Source: an uncultured Desulfospira sp. (GTDB lineage: Bacteria > Desulfobacterota > Desulfobacteria > Desulfobacterales > Desulfobacteraceae). Taken from it: a DNA stretch of 64,000 nt. Below are positions 25,844-36,103 of the stretch, in pieces. Both the position numbers and the translations under genes were made by a program. The notes under the pieces were generated by a model. That model had not been told where the DNA came from, ran no database searches, and was given only the letters and a program-made list of their open reading frames with translations. Location: assembly GCA_963663165.1 (NCBI GenBank), contig OY760175.1, positions 5,888,001 to 5,952,000 of the forward strand, given 5' to 3'. Numbering within the stretch: the stretch's first letter is position 1; every line of letters begins with the position of its first letter.

Positions 25844-28228
25844 TCAGCGTGCGGGGGCTGAAAGCTCGTGAAATTTTTTTAACTTGGCCTGGGCCGCGCC
25901 AAATACCGATCCCTTTGGGAAATTGAGATGTTCATCCGGGGTGCCGGCCTCAACCCCGGTCAGCACCTCAATGCCCTGCTCAATGGTGGATACCCGGTAA
26001 ATATGGAACATGCCCGTCTCCACCGCCTGGATGACGTCTTTTCTTAAGACCAGGTTTTTCACATTGGCCATGGGGATCATCACGCCCTGGTCCCCGGTCA
26101 GCCCCTTTTTGGCGCAGACATCGAAAAAGCCTTCTATCTTTTCATTGACACCGCCAATGGCCTGGATCTGACCTTTCTGGTTCACGGACCCGGTCACGGC
26201 AATGGACTGGCGGATGGGCAGCCCCGACAGGCTGGACAAGACGGCATACAATTCAGTGGAAGAGGCGCTGTCCCCGTCAATGCCGCTGTAGCTTTGCTCA
26301 AAGGTGACGCTGACGGATACGCTTAACGGGTAGTTCTGGGCAAAGACCCGGCCCAAATATCCGGCAATGATCATTACGCCTTTGTCGTGTGTCTGGCCTG
26401 AAAGCTGGGCCTCATGCTCCACGTTAATGATCCCGGGCTTGCCCATGTACGCTTCGGCCGTGATCCGGGCCGGCCGGCCGAAATTGATTTCCCCGATCCG
26501 GTATACGGCCAGGGCATTGACCTGTCCGACCACCGATCCTTTGACGTCTAAGAGAATGGAGTGGTCATCGTACCGCTCCTGCATTTTTTCTTCGTAAAGG
26601 TTGTGGCGAAACCGGTATTCGCGCAAGGCCCGGGTCACATGGGCGTCATCCACCAGCAGGGCATTTTCCTTGTGCGCCCAGTAGTCGGCCTCTTTGAGCA
26701 GGTCCAGAACCCGGCCGAACCGCAGGGACAGTTTGGCCTTGTCTTCGGCCATGCGGGCCCCGTGTTCCACCACGGCCCAGACACCGTCAGAGGAAAAAGG
26801 CAGCAGGTTATGGGATTTACAGACCCCGGCCATAAACCGGGCATATTCTTTGAGGGTTTCCGGGGTCAGGCCGGTTTCCTGGTCAAAATCCACCCGGACC
26901 TTGAAAATTTTATTGAACTTGGGGTCTGCGTCCTGAAGGGCGTGGAAGATGTGGTAATTGCCCAATAGAATAACTTTGACTTCGATGGGAATAGGTTCGG
27001 GTTTCAGGGATGCCATGAAGAAACCGGCCTGGTCCGGCGGGTCCTGGATGTAGAGTTTTCTGTTTTGAAGGGTGCTTTTCAGGGTTTCCCACACGGCCGG
27101 ATTTCTTAAAAGGGATTCCACCTCAAGGATCAGGTAGCCGTTGTCTGCCTCTAAAATGGCGCCGGCCTGGACCATGGTGAAATTGGTCACCTCTCCGTCC
27201 CGGACCGGCCGTTTTTCGATTTTGCCGAACAAATTCTGGAATACGGGATTGGGTTCGAAAATGACCGGGGCGCCTTTTTTCCCCCGCCGGTCCACCAGCA
27301 CATTGACCCGGTACCGGGTTTCCAGAAAAGCGGTACCGGCCGGCGCCTTTGGGTCTTTTCCCTTTTCCTGCAGAACCGCATTCAACAGCGGGGAAATATT
27401 TTCCATCATGTCTTTTTTGACCCGATCCAGAAACTTACGGACCTGGGGCAGATTTTGAAAGGTGGCAAAGGCCATGTCCATTTCTTCTGAAAACAGATCC
27501 GTGGCCATGGAGGAGGCTAAATTTCCTAATTTTTCCTGCATCCTCAGGGCCTGGGAATGGATTTCCTTGAGGGTGTCGTTCAGCAGCCGGTCCACCTGGA
27601 TCAGGTTGGCTTCAAGTTCGGCTTTGCGTTTGGGATCATATCCCTGGAACTGCTCCTGGGTCACCGGCTGCCCGTCATGCAACGGAACCGGCTGATATCC
27701 CTGTTCGGTTTTGACAATGCCGATATCCAGTTTTGATGAAGCCTCCTGCAACTGGGACATCAGGTTCTGGTTTTCCTTTGAGAATTCGGCTTTTACGGCT
27801 TCCTGCTTTTCCCGGAAAGATTCATCATAAAAGGCCTTGGGCAGCTTGACCTTGATGGTTTCAATGAACTGGGCCATGCGCCGTGAAAAAAACACGGCAG
27901 ATCCTGTGGGCATTTTCAAGGCCCGCGGGCTGTATTCATCGTCAAAGTTATTCACCAGGCACAGGTCTTCGGGGGTATCCCGGTGCTGGGCAGCGACCGA
28001 CAGGATATCCCGGATAATGGTGGACTTGCCGGTTCCCTCCTCGCCGGTAATGAAGATGTGGTACCCCGGATCTTTCATGTTCAGGCCGAAATCAATGGCC
28101 TCAACCCCGCGGCGCTGGCCGATGATGGTGTCCAGGGGGCTCAGATCAGCCGTTGTGCCGAAGGTAAAGACATGGTCCGGCCGGTTCATGGTTAAATCCA
28201 CTGTCGGAACACGGTAGTCGTCAATCAT
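25844..28228 (-). CDS. Lon-like (LonB/YcbZ-type, S16) ATP-dependent protease
   Basis: IIGQRRG, Walker A GEEGTGKS, IDGDSAS, AIGGVNEKIEGF; start reset to MIDDYR at 28228. Confidence 0.92.
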   Translation of the reverse strand: MIDDYRVPTVDLTMNRPDHVFTFGTTADLSPLDTIIGQRRGVEAIDFGLNMKDPGYHIFITGEEGTGKSTIIRDILSVAAQHRDTPEDLCLVNNFDDEYSPRALKMPTGSAVFFSRRMAQFIETIKVKLPKAFYDESFREKQEAVKAEFSKENQNLMSQLQEASSKLDIGIVKTEQGYQPVPLHDGQPVTQEQFQGYDPKRKAELEANLIQVDRLLNDTLKEIHSQALRMQEKLGNLASSMATDLFSEEMDMAFATFQNLPQVRKFLDRVKKDMMENISPLLNAVLQEKGKDPKAPAGTAFLETRYRVNVLVDRRGKKGAPVIFEPNPVFQNLFGKIEKRPVRDGEVTNFTMVQAGAILEADNGYLILEVESLLRNPAVWETLKSTLQNRKLYIQDPPDQAGFFMASLKPEPIPIEVKVILLGNYHIFHALQDADPKFNKIFKVRVDFDQETGLTPETLKEYARFMAGVCKSHNLLPFSSDGVWAVVEHGARMAEDKAKLSLRFGRVLDLLKEADYWAHKENALLVDDAHVTRALREYRFRHNLYEEKMQERYDDHSILLDVKGSVVGQVNALAVYRIGEINFGRPARITAEAYMGKPGIINVEHEAQLSGQTHDKGVMIIAGYLGRVFAQNYPLSVSVSVTFEQSYSGIDGDSASSTELYAVLSSLSGLPIRQSIAVTGSVNQKGQIQAIGGVNEKIEGFFDVCAKKGLTGDQGVMIPMANVKNLVLRKDVIQAVETGMFHIYRVSTIEQGIEVLTGVEAGTPDEHLNFPKGSVFGAAQAKLKKFHELSAPAR

Positions 28229-28262
28229 GGCATTTTCCTTTTTTAGGGTTTTCAGCCAGACC

Positions 28263-28424
28263 TTATTTGTTTTTGGCAATTACCCAGACCGCATGGACAA
28301 TCCCCGGGATGTACCCCAGGATGGTGAGCAGAATGTTCAGCCAGAAATGTTTTCCGATGCCCACCTGAAGAAAGACCCCTACCGGTGGAAGAATGATGGC
28401 CGCTATGATTTTTAAAAGTTCCAT
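28263..28424 (-). CDS. YqaE/Pmp3 family small membrane protein (53 aa, below the ORF-track cutoff)
   Basis: Manual translation MELLKIIAAIILPPVGVFLQVGIGKHFWLNILLTILGYIPGIVHAVWVIAKNK*. Confidence 0.93.
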   Translation of the reverse strand: MELLKIIAAIILPPVGVFLQVGIGKHFWLNILLTILGYIPGIVHAVWVIAKNK

Positions 28425-28572
28425 GGTATATCCTTATAATTTTTTGGGCACTTTACCATAGGTTCGATATCAAAAAAAATGAAAATCCCATATTTTTTTG
28501 TAACCGTTCCTGCCGGTTTCGGACATTTAGGAAAGATTTTATCCTGTTTATCTGATCAGGATATCAAAAGGA

Positions 28573-29775
28573 GTGCGAATGGTTTCATTACTGACGACCC
28601 CTGAAACAGAAATTCAAAACCGGCTTGGCAGGGCCGCAGAATGGATGGCCAGGACCGGCCTGGACGGCATGTTCCTGACCCATAAGCCGGATATTTTTTA
28701 TTTTTCCGGAACCGCCCAGGACGCTTATCTGGCCATTTTTCAGGACCATGATCCCATTCTTTTCGTCAAACAGTACCTGCCAAGGGCCCTGGCCGAAACA
28801 TCCATAAGCCATGTCCAAAAGATTGATTCCATAAAAGAGATCCCCGCCGTTATCCGGGAAAAGAACGGCTCGCTTCCGTCAGCCTTGGGCCTTGCCTTTG
28901 ATGTGGTTCCCCACCGGGAGGCCTTGTTTTATGGCACCCTGTTTAAAGACAGCAGGTTAATGGATGGGACCCCGGTGATCAATGCCTGCCGGCAGGTCAA
29001 ATCTGACTGGGAAATCCGGCAGCTGGAACGGTCAGCGGCCCTGTCAAAGAAAACCTTTGATTTTATATCTCAGACCATTGAACCGGGGATCAGTGAGATG
29101 GAATTTTGCGGCAGGTATGAAACCTTTTCCCGGCGGCATGGAAACGCCGGAAAGCTGCTCACCCGCCATTACCGGGCCGAAGGGTTTCACTTTCATCTGT
29201 TAAGCGGGAAAAGCGGCGGAATGGCCGGTGCCCTGGATTCGCCGGTATGCGGGACCGGAATGTCCTGTGCCTACCCGTACGGGGCCGGCCCCAAGCTTCT
29301 GGAAAAAGACGAGCCCATTTTAATTGACTTTGGCACAGCCCTTGACGGCTACCATGTGGATGAAACCCGGATGTTCTGCATGGGAAAAATGGAGCAGACC
29401 GCCATGGATGCCTGTCTGGCATCCATTGAGATCCTTTACGGTCTGGTGGACATGATGGGGCCGGGGGTGCCCATGGGGGAGGTGTTTGACGCCTGTGTAA
29501 GGCATGCCGGCAAACTGGGGTACCAGGAACAGTTTCTGGGCCTTCCAGGGATTAAAGCCAGGTTCATCGGCCACGGCACCGGTATTGAGCTGGTGGAATC
29601 CCCTGTGGTGTCACAGGGTAAAAAGGATGTGCTTTTGCCGGGGATGGTCCTGGCCATGGAGCCCAAGATGATTTTTAAAGACCGGTTTGCCGCCGGGGTT
29701 GAAAGCATGGTCCGCATCCGGGAACATAAGGCTGAGTTTTTAACCGTTACAGAACACAAGGTTTTCTTATGTTAG
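28573..29775 (+). CDS. M24 family (Xaa-Pro) peptidase
   Basis: Creatinase-like N-terminus; LIDFG..DGYHVDETR, IGHGTGIE, AMEPK, GVES. Confidence 0.9.
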   Translation: MRMVSLLTTPETEIQNRLGRAAEWMARTGLDGMFLTHKPDIFYFSGTAQDAYLAIFQDHDPILFVKQYLPRALAETSISHVQKIDSIKEIPAVIREKNGSLPSALGLAFDVVPHREALFYGTLFKDSRLMDGTPVINACRQVKSDWEIRQLERSAALSKKTFDFISQTIEPGISEMEFCGRYETFSRRHGNAGKLLTRHYRAEGFHFHLLSGKSGGMAGALDSPVCGTGMSCAYPYGAGPKLLEKDEPILIDFGTALDGYHVDETRMFCMGKMEQTAMDACLASIEILYGLVDMMGPGVPMGEVFDACVRHAGKLGYQEQFLGLPGIKARFIGHGTGIELVESPVVSQGKKDVLLPGMVLAMEPKMIFKDRFAAGVESMVRIREHKAEFLTVTEHKVFLC

Positions 29776-30003
29776 TCTAAGGCTTTATAGTTATGTTTTA
29801 CAATCAGTGCTTTTCAGGCCGTTGAAATTTGCTTTTTTTTATGCCAGAATATGATCAGCGATTTCGTCGCTCATTGAAAATTAAGGGGATGGTTGGGTTT
29901 TTCTGCAATCTTGCCAACCCGGCGAAGATTTATTCTTTTCTGACGCCTTTGGGGTTGGGTAACCCGGGAAACTCAACATCAAAACTGGAAAGGAAGGTTG
30001 ATC

Positions 30004-31143
30004 ATGAAAGGAGAAAAAGCACAGGAGATTGTAAATCGTATTTTAACCCCCGTGGATATTCGGGTCAACGGGAACAGGCCCTGGGATATTCAGATCCACA
30101 ACCCCCGATTTTATCAGCGGGTGCTGTCCGGCGGATCCCTGGCTTTAGGGGAAAGTTATATGGACGGGTGGTGGGACTGTAAAAGACTGGACGAGTTTTT
30201 TGACCGGCTTTTGGCGTACCGGGTGGATCAAAAAGTCAGGTCCTATAAACCGGCGGTCCTCTGGGGAATTTTTAAAGCCCGCGTGATGAATGTCCAGAGC
30301 CGGACCCGGGCGTTTATTATCGGGAAACGGCATTATGATATGGGAAATTCCCTGTTTCAAGCCATGCTGGACAAGGAGATGAACTATTCATGTGCCTACT
30401 GGCACAAAGCAGAAAACCTTGATAAGGCACAGGCCGGTAAACTGGACATGGTCTGCCGGAAAATAGGGCTTCAACCCGGAATGACGGTTCTGGATATTGG
30501 CTGCGGCTGGGGTGGCTTTGCAAAGTATGCTGCCCGGAAATACAAAGCAAACGTCAAGGGGATTACGGTCTCAAAGGAACAGGCCGCTTACGCCAGGCAG
30601 CAGTGCAAGGGTCTTGACGTCCGGATAGAGCTGGCAGATTACCGCAACTTAAAGGAAAAATTTGACCGGGTCATTTCCATTGGCATGTTTGAGCATGTGG
30701 GATGGAAAAATTACAGAACCTTTATGGAAGTGGTCTGCCGGAACCTGAAAGATGACGGGATTTTCCTGCTTCACACCATTGCCAGAAATACGGGTGCCAA
30801 GAGCACGGATCCCTGGATCAATGCATATATTTTCCCCAATTCCATGCTGCCTTCGGCAAGGCAGATCTGCCAGGCGGCAGAAGGCTTGTTTGTCCTTGAG
30901 GACTGGCACAGCATGGGGCGGTTTTATGACCGAACCCTGATGGCATGGCATAAAAATTTTACCCGGAACTGGAACCTGCTCAAAGACCGCTATGACACCC
31001 GGTTTTTCAGGATGTGGTCTTATTATCTGCTGTCTTGTGCCGCCAGTTTCAGGGCCAGAAGGAACCAGTTGTGGCAGATTGTTTTTTCAAAAAAAGGAAT
31101 TGATCAGGTATATCGCAGTGAAGGGGCGTTGTTTATTGAATAG
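30004..31143 (+). CDS. cfa: Cyclopropane-fatty-acyl-phospholipid synthase
   Basis: LGESYMDGWW, HYDMGN, YSCAYW, LDIGCGWGG, SIGMFEHVG, YIFPNS. Confidence 0.95.
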   Translation: MKGEKAQEIVNRILTPVDIRVNGNRPWDIQIHNPRFYQRVLSGGSLALGESYMDGWWDCKRLDEFFDRLLAYRVDQKVRSYKPAVLWGIFKARVMNVQSRTRAFIIGKRHYDMGNSLFQAMLDKEMNYSCAYWHKAENLDKAQAGKLDMVCRKIGLQPGMTVLDIGCGWGGFAKYAARKYKANVKGITVSKEQAAYARQQCKGLDVRIELADYRNLKEKFDRVISIGMFEHVGWKNYRTFMEVVCRNLKDDGIFLLHTIARNTGAKSTDPWINAYIFPNSMLPSARQICQAAEGLFVLEDWHSMGRFYDRTLMAWHKNFTRNWNLLKDRYDTRFFRMWSYYLLSCAASFRARRNQLWQIVFSKKGIDQVYRSEGALFIE

Positions 31144-31147
31144 TTTC

Positions 31148-31224
31148 GGGATATGGGACTTGGGATATGAGTTCTGGGGTGCGGGAAAATAAGTGCTTTC
31201 CCCAGGTCCCAAGTCCCAAGCCCC
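31148..31224. repeat. Heptamer (GGGATAT/GGGACTT) repeat hairpin
   Basis: Same family as 25108-25185; between convergent genes. Confidence 0.75.
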
Positions 31225-31229
31225 TTCAT

Positions 31230-31436
31230 TTATGATGAAAAGTCGATTTCACACTGTTTATTGAGTCTGGCTCTGATGACGATCACCGCCAGAACGGCAA
31301 CCGGTACGGCCAGGGCAAATCCGATGATGGGCAGCAGGGTGAAGCCAAAAACCACCAGTCCGGCCGCCGCTATAAGCAGCAGAAAACCTAAGATAAACTT
31401 TGAACCTTTTTCTCGTATGCAGTTAGTTGTTGTCAT
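31230..31436 (-). CDS. Small two-TM hypothetical membrane protein
   Basis: 68 aa hydrophobic hairpin; GGAGG RBS upstream. Confidence 0.7.
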   Translation of the reverse strand: MTTTNCIREKGSKFILGFLLLIAAAGLVVFGFTLLPIIGFALAVPVAVLAVIVIRARLNKQCEIDFSS

Positions 31437-31565
31437 GGCGTCCTCCTTTTTTGGGGGTTGGTTCCGGACGGCTTATATCCGTCTGTTTTCTTAAAAGGAA
31501 ATATAAGTCATGACTAAAAAAGTTCAAGCCCTAAATTTTATTTTTTTTAGAATCTGGTCAAGCCC

Positions 31566-31865
31566 CTATCTTAACTTTTCCTCAACACTTCTGATTTTAT
31601 CATCCATGGTCTGGTCCCGGTCAGTCCGGGTCCCGAGCCTGATGGTGGTGTTGATCCTCGGGGCGCCCATGGCATGAATGGTTTCATGGCATTCTTTGAC
31701 CACCTGAAATACCGTGTCGTAATCGCCCTCAATATTGGTACCATAGGCATGAAGCCGGCTGGTAAGGCCGGCTTTACTGATGATGTCGTGGCAGGCGGCC
31801 ACATATTTGGAAACCGACAGGCCAACGCCCATGGGAACCACGCACAGATCTATAATGACGTTCAT
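31566..31865 (-). CDS. MTH1187/YkoF family thiamine-binding protein
   Basis: VVPMG..SVSKYVA, HAYGTNIEG, GAPR, RTDR. Confidence 0.9.
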   Translation of the reverse strand: MNVIIDLCVVPMGVGLSVSKYVAACHDIISKAGLTSRLHAYGTNIEGDYDTVFQVVKECHETIHAMGAPRINTTIRLGTRTDRDQTMDDKIRSVEEKLR

Positions 31866-31883
31866 TGCTTGCTCCTTGTTGTG

Positions 31884-31944
31884 TTAGGCTGAAGGGATTT
31901 AGGCTGAAGGCTTACTCCCTTCAGCCTGATAACCTTCAGCCTAA
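31884..31944. repeat. AGGCTGAAGG repeat hairpin overlapping the recN stop
   Basis: Two AGGCTGAAGG followed by two CCTTCAGCCT; related units at 17721-17750. Confidence 0.7.
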
Positions 31945-33645
31945 ACTCCTTTCTTTCAGCAACTCCCCGGCATGGGCCAGGGTGGCCGGTGTGATGTCTG
32001 CCCCGCCGATCATTCTGGCCAGTTCCTGAACCCGTTCCTGCTCGGATTTAAGGGGAACAATGGCGGTGGCGGTCCGGCCATCGGATACCTGTTTTGAAAT
32101 TTTAAACTGGAAATGGCCGTATCCGGCAATCTGGGCCTGGTGGGTGATGCAGATGACCTGGTGCCGTCCGGAAAGTTCCTTGAGTTTGAGCCCCACCTTT
32201 TCGCTGGTGGCTCCGCCGATGCCGGCGTCCACTTCATCAAAAATCAGGGTCTCCATGGACTGGCCTTTTGACAGGGCCGCTTTCAGGGCCAGGACAATGC
32301 GGGACAGTTCCCCGCCGGAGGCAATTTTGGCCAAAGGCTTTAAATCCTCGCCGGGGTTGGGGCTGAGCAGGAACTGGACCTTGTCCATGCCCGTTGAAAA
32401 GATTTTCTCCCTGTTTTCGGTGGTGATGTCCTGGGGAGAATCAGACCGGTGCGTGGCAAAGTTTACCCTGAACCGGGCATTGCCCATTTCCAGGGCGCCA
32501 AGTTCCTGTGCGGCAAGTTCCGAAAGGCTTTGGCCGGCCTCAATTCTTTTCTGGGACAGCGCCCGGGCTTTGTCCCGGATGAGTTTTTGAACCTCGGTTT
32601 GCCGGGCTTCAAGATCCCGGATCCGGCCTTCCATATCCTGTCCTCTTTCCAGGGTCTGTTTCAGGGTTTCATACTGTTCAAACAGGGCCGGAAGGCTTCC
32701 CCCGTATTTTCGTTTAAGCTTGGATATTAAATCCAGGCGCTGGGCCACCTGTTCAATGGACTGGGGATCAAGGTCAATGGCGGCGCCATAATCCCTGAAC
32801 CCTGTGGCCAGATCCTGAAGTTCAAAAACAATGGAATCCAGCTTTTGTGACATGGCGGACAGGTCCGGGTCAGCAGAGGCGAACCGGTCAATGTCCGATC
32901 TGATCCGGGACAGCTTTTCAATAATGGCGCCCTCCCTGTCATAGATCTCATGCACGGCCCCGTTCACCGCTTCAAATATTTTGGCCGCATTGGCCAGCCG
33001 GTCTTTCTGGTTTAAAAGATCCATATCTTCATCGGGTTCTATGGCGGCGGCCTCAATTTCATCCACCTGGAACCGGATAAACTCTTTTTCCTGGTCCTGC
33101 TTTTCAAGGGCTTGTTTTAAATTTTGGATTTCCTGCTTTAAAGGGGTCAGGGTGTTGTAAAGGGATTCAACTTCTTTTCTTAGGGGCAGGGTGCCGGCAA
33201 ATTCGTCTAGAATATCCAGGTGGTTTTCTTCTTTGAGCAGGCCCTGGTGGGCGTGCTGGCCGGCAATGGCCGCAAGGTTTTGGGTCACTTTTTTGAGCAG
33301 GTCCATGGTGGACGGCTGGTCGTTGATATAAATCCGGCCTTTGCCGGAACTGGCAATAAGCCGTCTGACCATCAGGCCTTCGCTTGGATCCATGCCCTGG
33401 TCTTTCATGATGGCCGCGGCCTCGGAACCCGGGGCAATGTCAAATACGGCCTGAAGTTCTGCGGTTTCCTCCCCGGTCCTGACAAGATCTGAGGATGCCC
33501 TGGCCCCTAAAAGCAGGTTGACCGCCTGAATAATGATGGACTTGCCGGCCCCGGTTTCTCCGGTCAGGACGGAAAACCCCGGGGCAAAAGAAATGGTGAT
33601 ATCGTCAATGATTGCAAATTTTTTTATGGCAATTTCGCTTAGCAT
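31936..33645 (-). CDS. recN: DNA repair protein RecN
   Basis: LTGETGAGKS, IASGGELSR, FDEVDAGIGG, VICITHQAQIA; start MLSEIAIK at 33645. Confidence 0.96.
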   Translation of the reverse strand: MLSEIAIKKFAIIDDITISFAPGFSVLTGETGAGKSIIIQAVNLLLGARASSDLVRTGEETAELQAVFDIAPGSEAAAIMKDQGMDPSEGLMVRRLIASSGKGRIYINDQPSTMDLLKKVTQNLAAIAGQHAHQGLLKEENHLDILDEFAGTLPLRKEVESLYNTLTPLKQEIQNLKQALEKQDQEKEFIRFQVDEIEAAAIEPDEDMDLLNQKDRLANAAKIFEAVNGAVHEIYDREGAIIEKLSRIRSDIDRFASADPDLSAMSQKLDSIVFELQDLATGFRDYGAAIDLDPQSIEQVAQRLDLISKLKRKYGGSLPALFEQYETLKQTLERGQDMEGRIRDLEARQTEVQKLIRDKARALSQKRIEAGQSLSELAAQELGALEMGNARFRVNFATHRSDSPQDITTENREKIFSTGMDKVQFLLSPNPGEDLKPLAKIASGGELSRIVLALKAALSKGQSMETLIFDEVDAGIGGATSEKVGLKLKELSGRHQVICITHQAQIAGYGHFQFKISKQVSDGRTATAIVPLKSEQERVQELARMIGGADITPATLAHAGELLKERSLG

Positions 33646-34579
33646 AGAATCTCCAGGCACAGGAAAGCGCTGAAAAAAGCCAGGCCGCAACCAGGGCGGC
33701 AATCAGCCGGGGCACCCAGAGCCAGAACACCGGAAGCCCCAGCGGCAGGAAAAGGGCAGGGTCTTCTATCATGGCATGGTTGACCCCAAGGGACAGGTGA
33801 AGCCGGGTTAAGTCGGTTTTGCTGTAATGATTTGTCCGGGTTTCTTCCACAATCACCGCTGCCCCGTATGCCAGCCCGAACACGGCACCGGTCAGCCAGA
33901 GCATGCCGCAGGACCGGTTCAGCCCCAGGATGGACAGCACCGGCGCGAATATAACGGTAATGGGCCGGATAATGTTAAAATGTTTTGCCAGTTCAATGGC
34001 CACCATCAGGGGCATGATGATACAGAAAATCTGGATGGTCAGTTTCACGGCCCCGGCGGCCCAGTCAAGGACCATGGCGGTAAAGGTGCCGGACCCGGAA
34101 GCCGCCAGTCCCATGGCGGCGGTTTCACCGGTTCCGGGGGTAGTGCCCATAATTTTGGCGCAGACCGCAGTAACCCCAAAGGCCATGGCCAGCCGGAAAG
34201 TCCCGGCCAAAAAGGGGTTGAGCCCTGAATTGCCCTGGACAATGCTTTCCTGGATCAGGTTATGGGAGATCAGGGTAAAAATGGCCATAAGGGTCATGTG
34301 ATCCATGGCAAAGGGCATGACGGAAAGGGCCGCCACCGTGCCGTATATACCGGTAAATATGCCAATCACAAGGACCAGGGCAGCGGATGCCGGAAGCCCC
34401 ATGAGGGTCATTAAAGGGTCTAACAGAAAGTTGAGTTTGTAAATCAGGCCGAAATGAACCAGAAGGGCCGTTAAAAACGAGACAGGAATTAAAATTTTTA
34501 ACAGCCAGATCAGCCCCTGCCAGCCTTTTTTCAGGCCTGTCAGGATGCAGCCGGCGGTTCCTTTGGTGTCATTTGCCAT
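33605..34579 (-). CDS. Nucleoside-recognition (Gate) domain membrane protein
   Basis: Duplicated hydrophobic halves with SHNLIQE and NHAMIED, FGLAYGA; start reset to MANDTK. Confidence 0.75.
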   Translation of the reverse strand: MANDTKGTAGCILTGLKKGWQGLIWLLKILIPVSFLTALLVHFGLIYKLNFLLDPLMTLMGLPASAALVLVIGIFTGIYGTVAALSVMPFAMDHMTLMAIFTLISHNLIQESIVQGNSGLNPFLAGTFRLAMAFGVTAVCAKIMGTTPGTGETAAMGLAASGSGTFTAMVLDWAAGAVKLTIQIFCIIMPLMVAIELAKHFNIIRPITVIFAPVLSILGLNRSCGMLWLTGAVFGLAYGAAVIVEETRTNHYSKTDLTRLHLSLGVNHAMIEDPALFLPLGLPVFWLWVPRLIAALVAAWLFSALSCAWRFYAKRNCHKKICNH

Positions 34580-34748
34580 CGGAAGAGGTATCATCTTTGT
34601 CAATGTGTTTCTTGACGGTTTCATCCACCGTTGCATAGATGTCTTTAAAAGACTCATGAACACTGGAAGGGGACAGCCGGCCCATTTCAATAAACTTGAC
34701 AACGATTTCCTTGGCAACCCTTAATATTTGTTCATCTATGGATTTCAT
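34569..34748 (-). CDS. Small conserved hypothetical protein
   Basis: MKSIDEQILRVAKEIVVKFIEMGRLSP..., amphipathic; overlaps the start of the next gene. Confidence 0.7.
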   Translation of the reverse strand: MKSIDEQILRVAKEIVVKFIEMGRLSPSSVHESFKDIYATVDETVKKHIDKDDTSSDGK

Positions 34749-34883
34749 GGGACTAGTGAATACCATGAAGCCCTGTTAAAGGTCAAGATGTTGAAATTGG
34801 ATTGATCTTGCCTAAAGCCGGAAAAAGGGTATAATATCCGCACATGTTTTTATTGGTTTTTTTTATAATTAATTTGCTTTTTA

Positions 34884-36071
34884 TTGGATGATATGGAAAA
34901 AGATAATAAAGAATCAAATATTCACTGCCTGGCATATGAGGGAAAAGAAATCATACTGATCGGTACGGCCCACGTATCCAGGCAGAGTGCAGAACTGGTT
35001 GAACAAAGTATTGTTGAGCGAAAGCCGGATACGGTCTGCGTCGAACTTTGTAATACCCGCCTTGGCGCCATCCGGGATACGGACCGGTGGCGGAATATGG
35101 ATATCATAAAGGTTATCAAAGAGAAAAAAGCGCTGATGCTGTTTATGAATCTGTTGCTGGCGTCGTTTCAAAAGAAGATCGCAGACAAGTTCCATGTAAA
35201 GCCGGGGCAGGAAATGATCAACGCCGTGAATACCGCTGAAACCATCAACGCCCAAATCGTCCCCTGTGACCGGGAAATCCAGACCACGCTTTCCCGGGTC
35301 TGGCGGGGCATGGGGTTCTGGGCGAAATTAAAACTTCTGGGCTCCATCGTGTTTTCGTTTGGGGAATCCGACGATATCAAGGAGGAGGACATTGAGCGGA
35401 TGAAGCAGGAAGATATTCTCAAAACCCTGCTGTCTGATGTTAAAAAGACCCATCCCATCATTGAGAAGGCCCTTATCGACGAACGGGACCAGTATCTGGC
35501 CAAGAGCATCCGTTCAGCCCCGGGAGAAAAGATTCTGGCCGTTGTGGGGGCGGCCCATGTTCCGGGAATAAAAAAATATATTACTGAAAATACTCCCATT
35601 GATCTTGACGAACTTGATATAAAGCCTGGGGGCGGCCCCTGGGGAAAGATCCTTAAATGGCTGATCCCTGCGCTTATTCTGGCATTGTTTGCGGCCGGGT
35701 TCATGATGGAAGGCAAAAATGCAGGGACCGACATGATATGGATCTGGGTGGCGGCCAACGGTATTTTTGCGGGGATCGGTGCCCTGGCGGCCCTGGCCCA
35801 TCCCTATACGATTTTGTCATCCATTCTGGCGGCGCCGCTGACATCCTTGAACCCCATGATTGCCGCAGGATGGGTGTCCGGACTGGTGGAGGCCATTTTC
35901 AGAAAACCCAAGGTCAAGGATCTGGAGGCCATACCAACTGACATTGTGACCGTAAAAGGCTTCTGGCGGAACAACGTCACACGGATTCTTCTGGTGGTGA
36001 TTTTTACCAATTTAGGATCATCCATCGGGACCATGACGGCGGTTCCCCTGATGCTCAAATTAATCAGTTAA
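34884..36071 (+). CDS. TraB/GumN (pheromone shutdown) family protein
   Basis: LIGTAHVS, VCVELC, PGQEM, DREIQTTL, LIDERD, VVGAAH; C-terminal TM region. Confidence 0.9.
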   Translation: MDDMEKDNKESNIHCLAYEGKEIILIGTAHVSRQSAELVEQSIVERKPDTVCVELCNTRLGAIRDTDRWRNMDIIKVIKEKKALMLFMNLLLASFQKKIADKFHVKPGQEMINAVNTAETINAQIVPCDREIQTTLSRVWRGMGFWAKLKLLGSIVFSFGESDDIKEEDIERMKQEDILKTLLSDVKKTHPIIEKALIDERDQYLAKSIRSAPGEKILAVVGAAHVPGIKKYITENTPIDLDELDIKPGGGPWGKILKWLIPALILALFAAGFMMEGKNAGTDMIWIWVAANGIFAGIGALAALAHPYTILSSILAAPLTSLNPMIAAGWVSGLVEAIFRKPKVKDLEAIPTDIVTVKGFWRNNVTRILLVVIFTNLGSSIGTMTAVPLMLKLIS

Positions 36072-36103
36072 GAAAACCCTTAAAGATACGAAAGGGCATA
36101 ATT

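Noticed and set aside
34884..36071. Conjugation gene, based on the name TraB
   Set aside because: This is the TraB/GumN family in a housekeeping context, with no type IV secretion genes.
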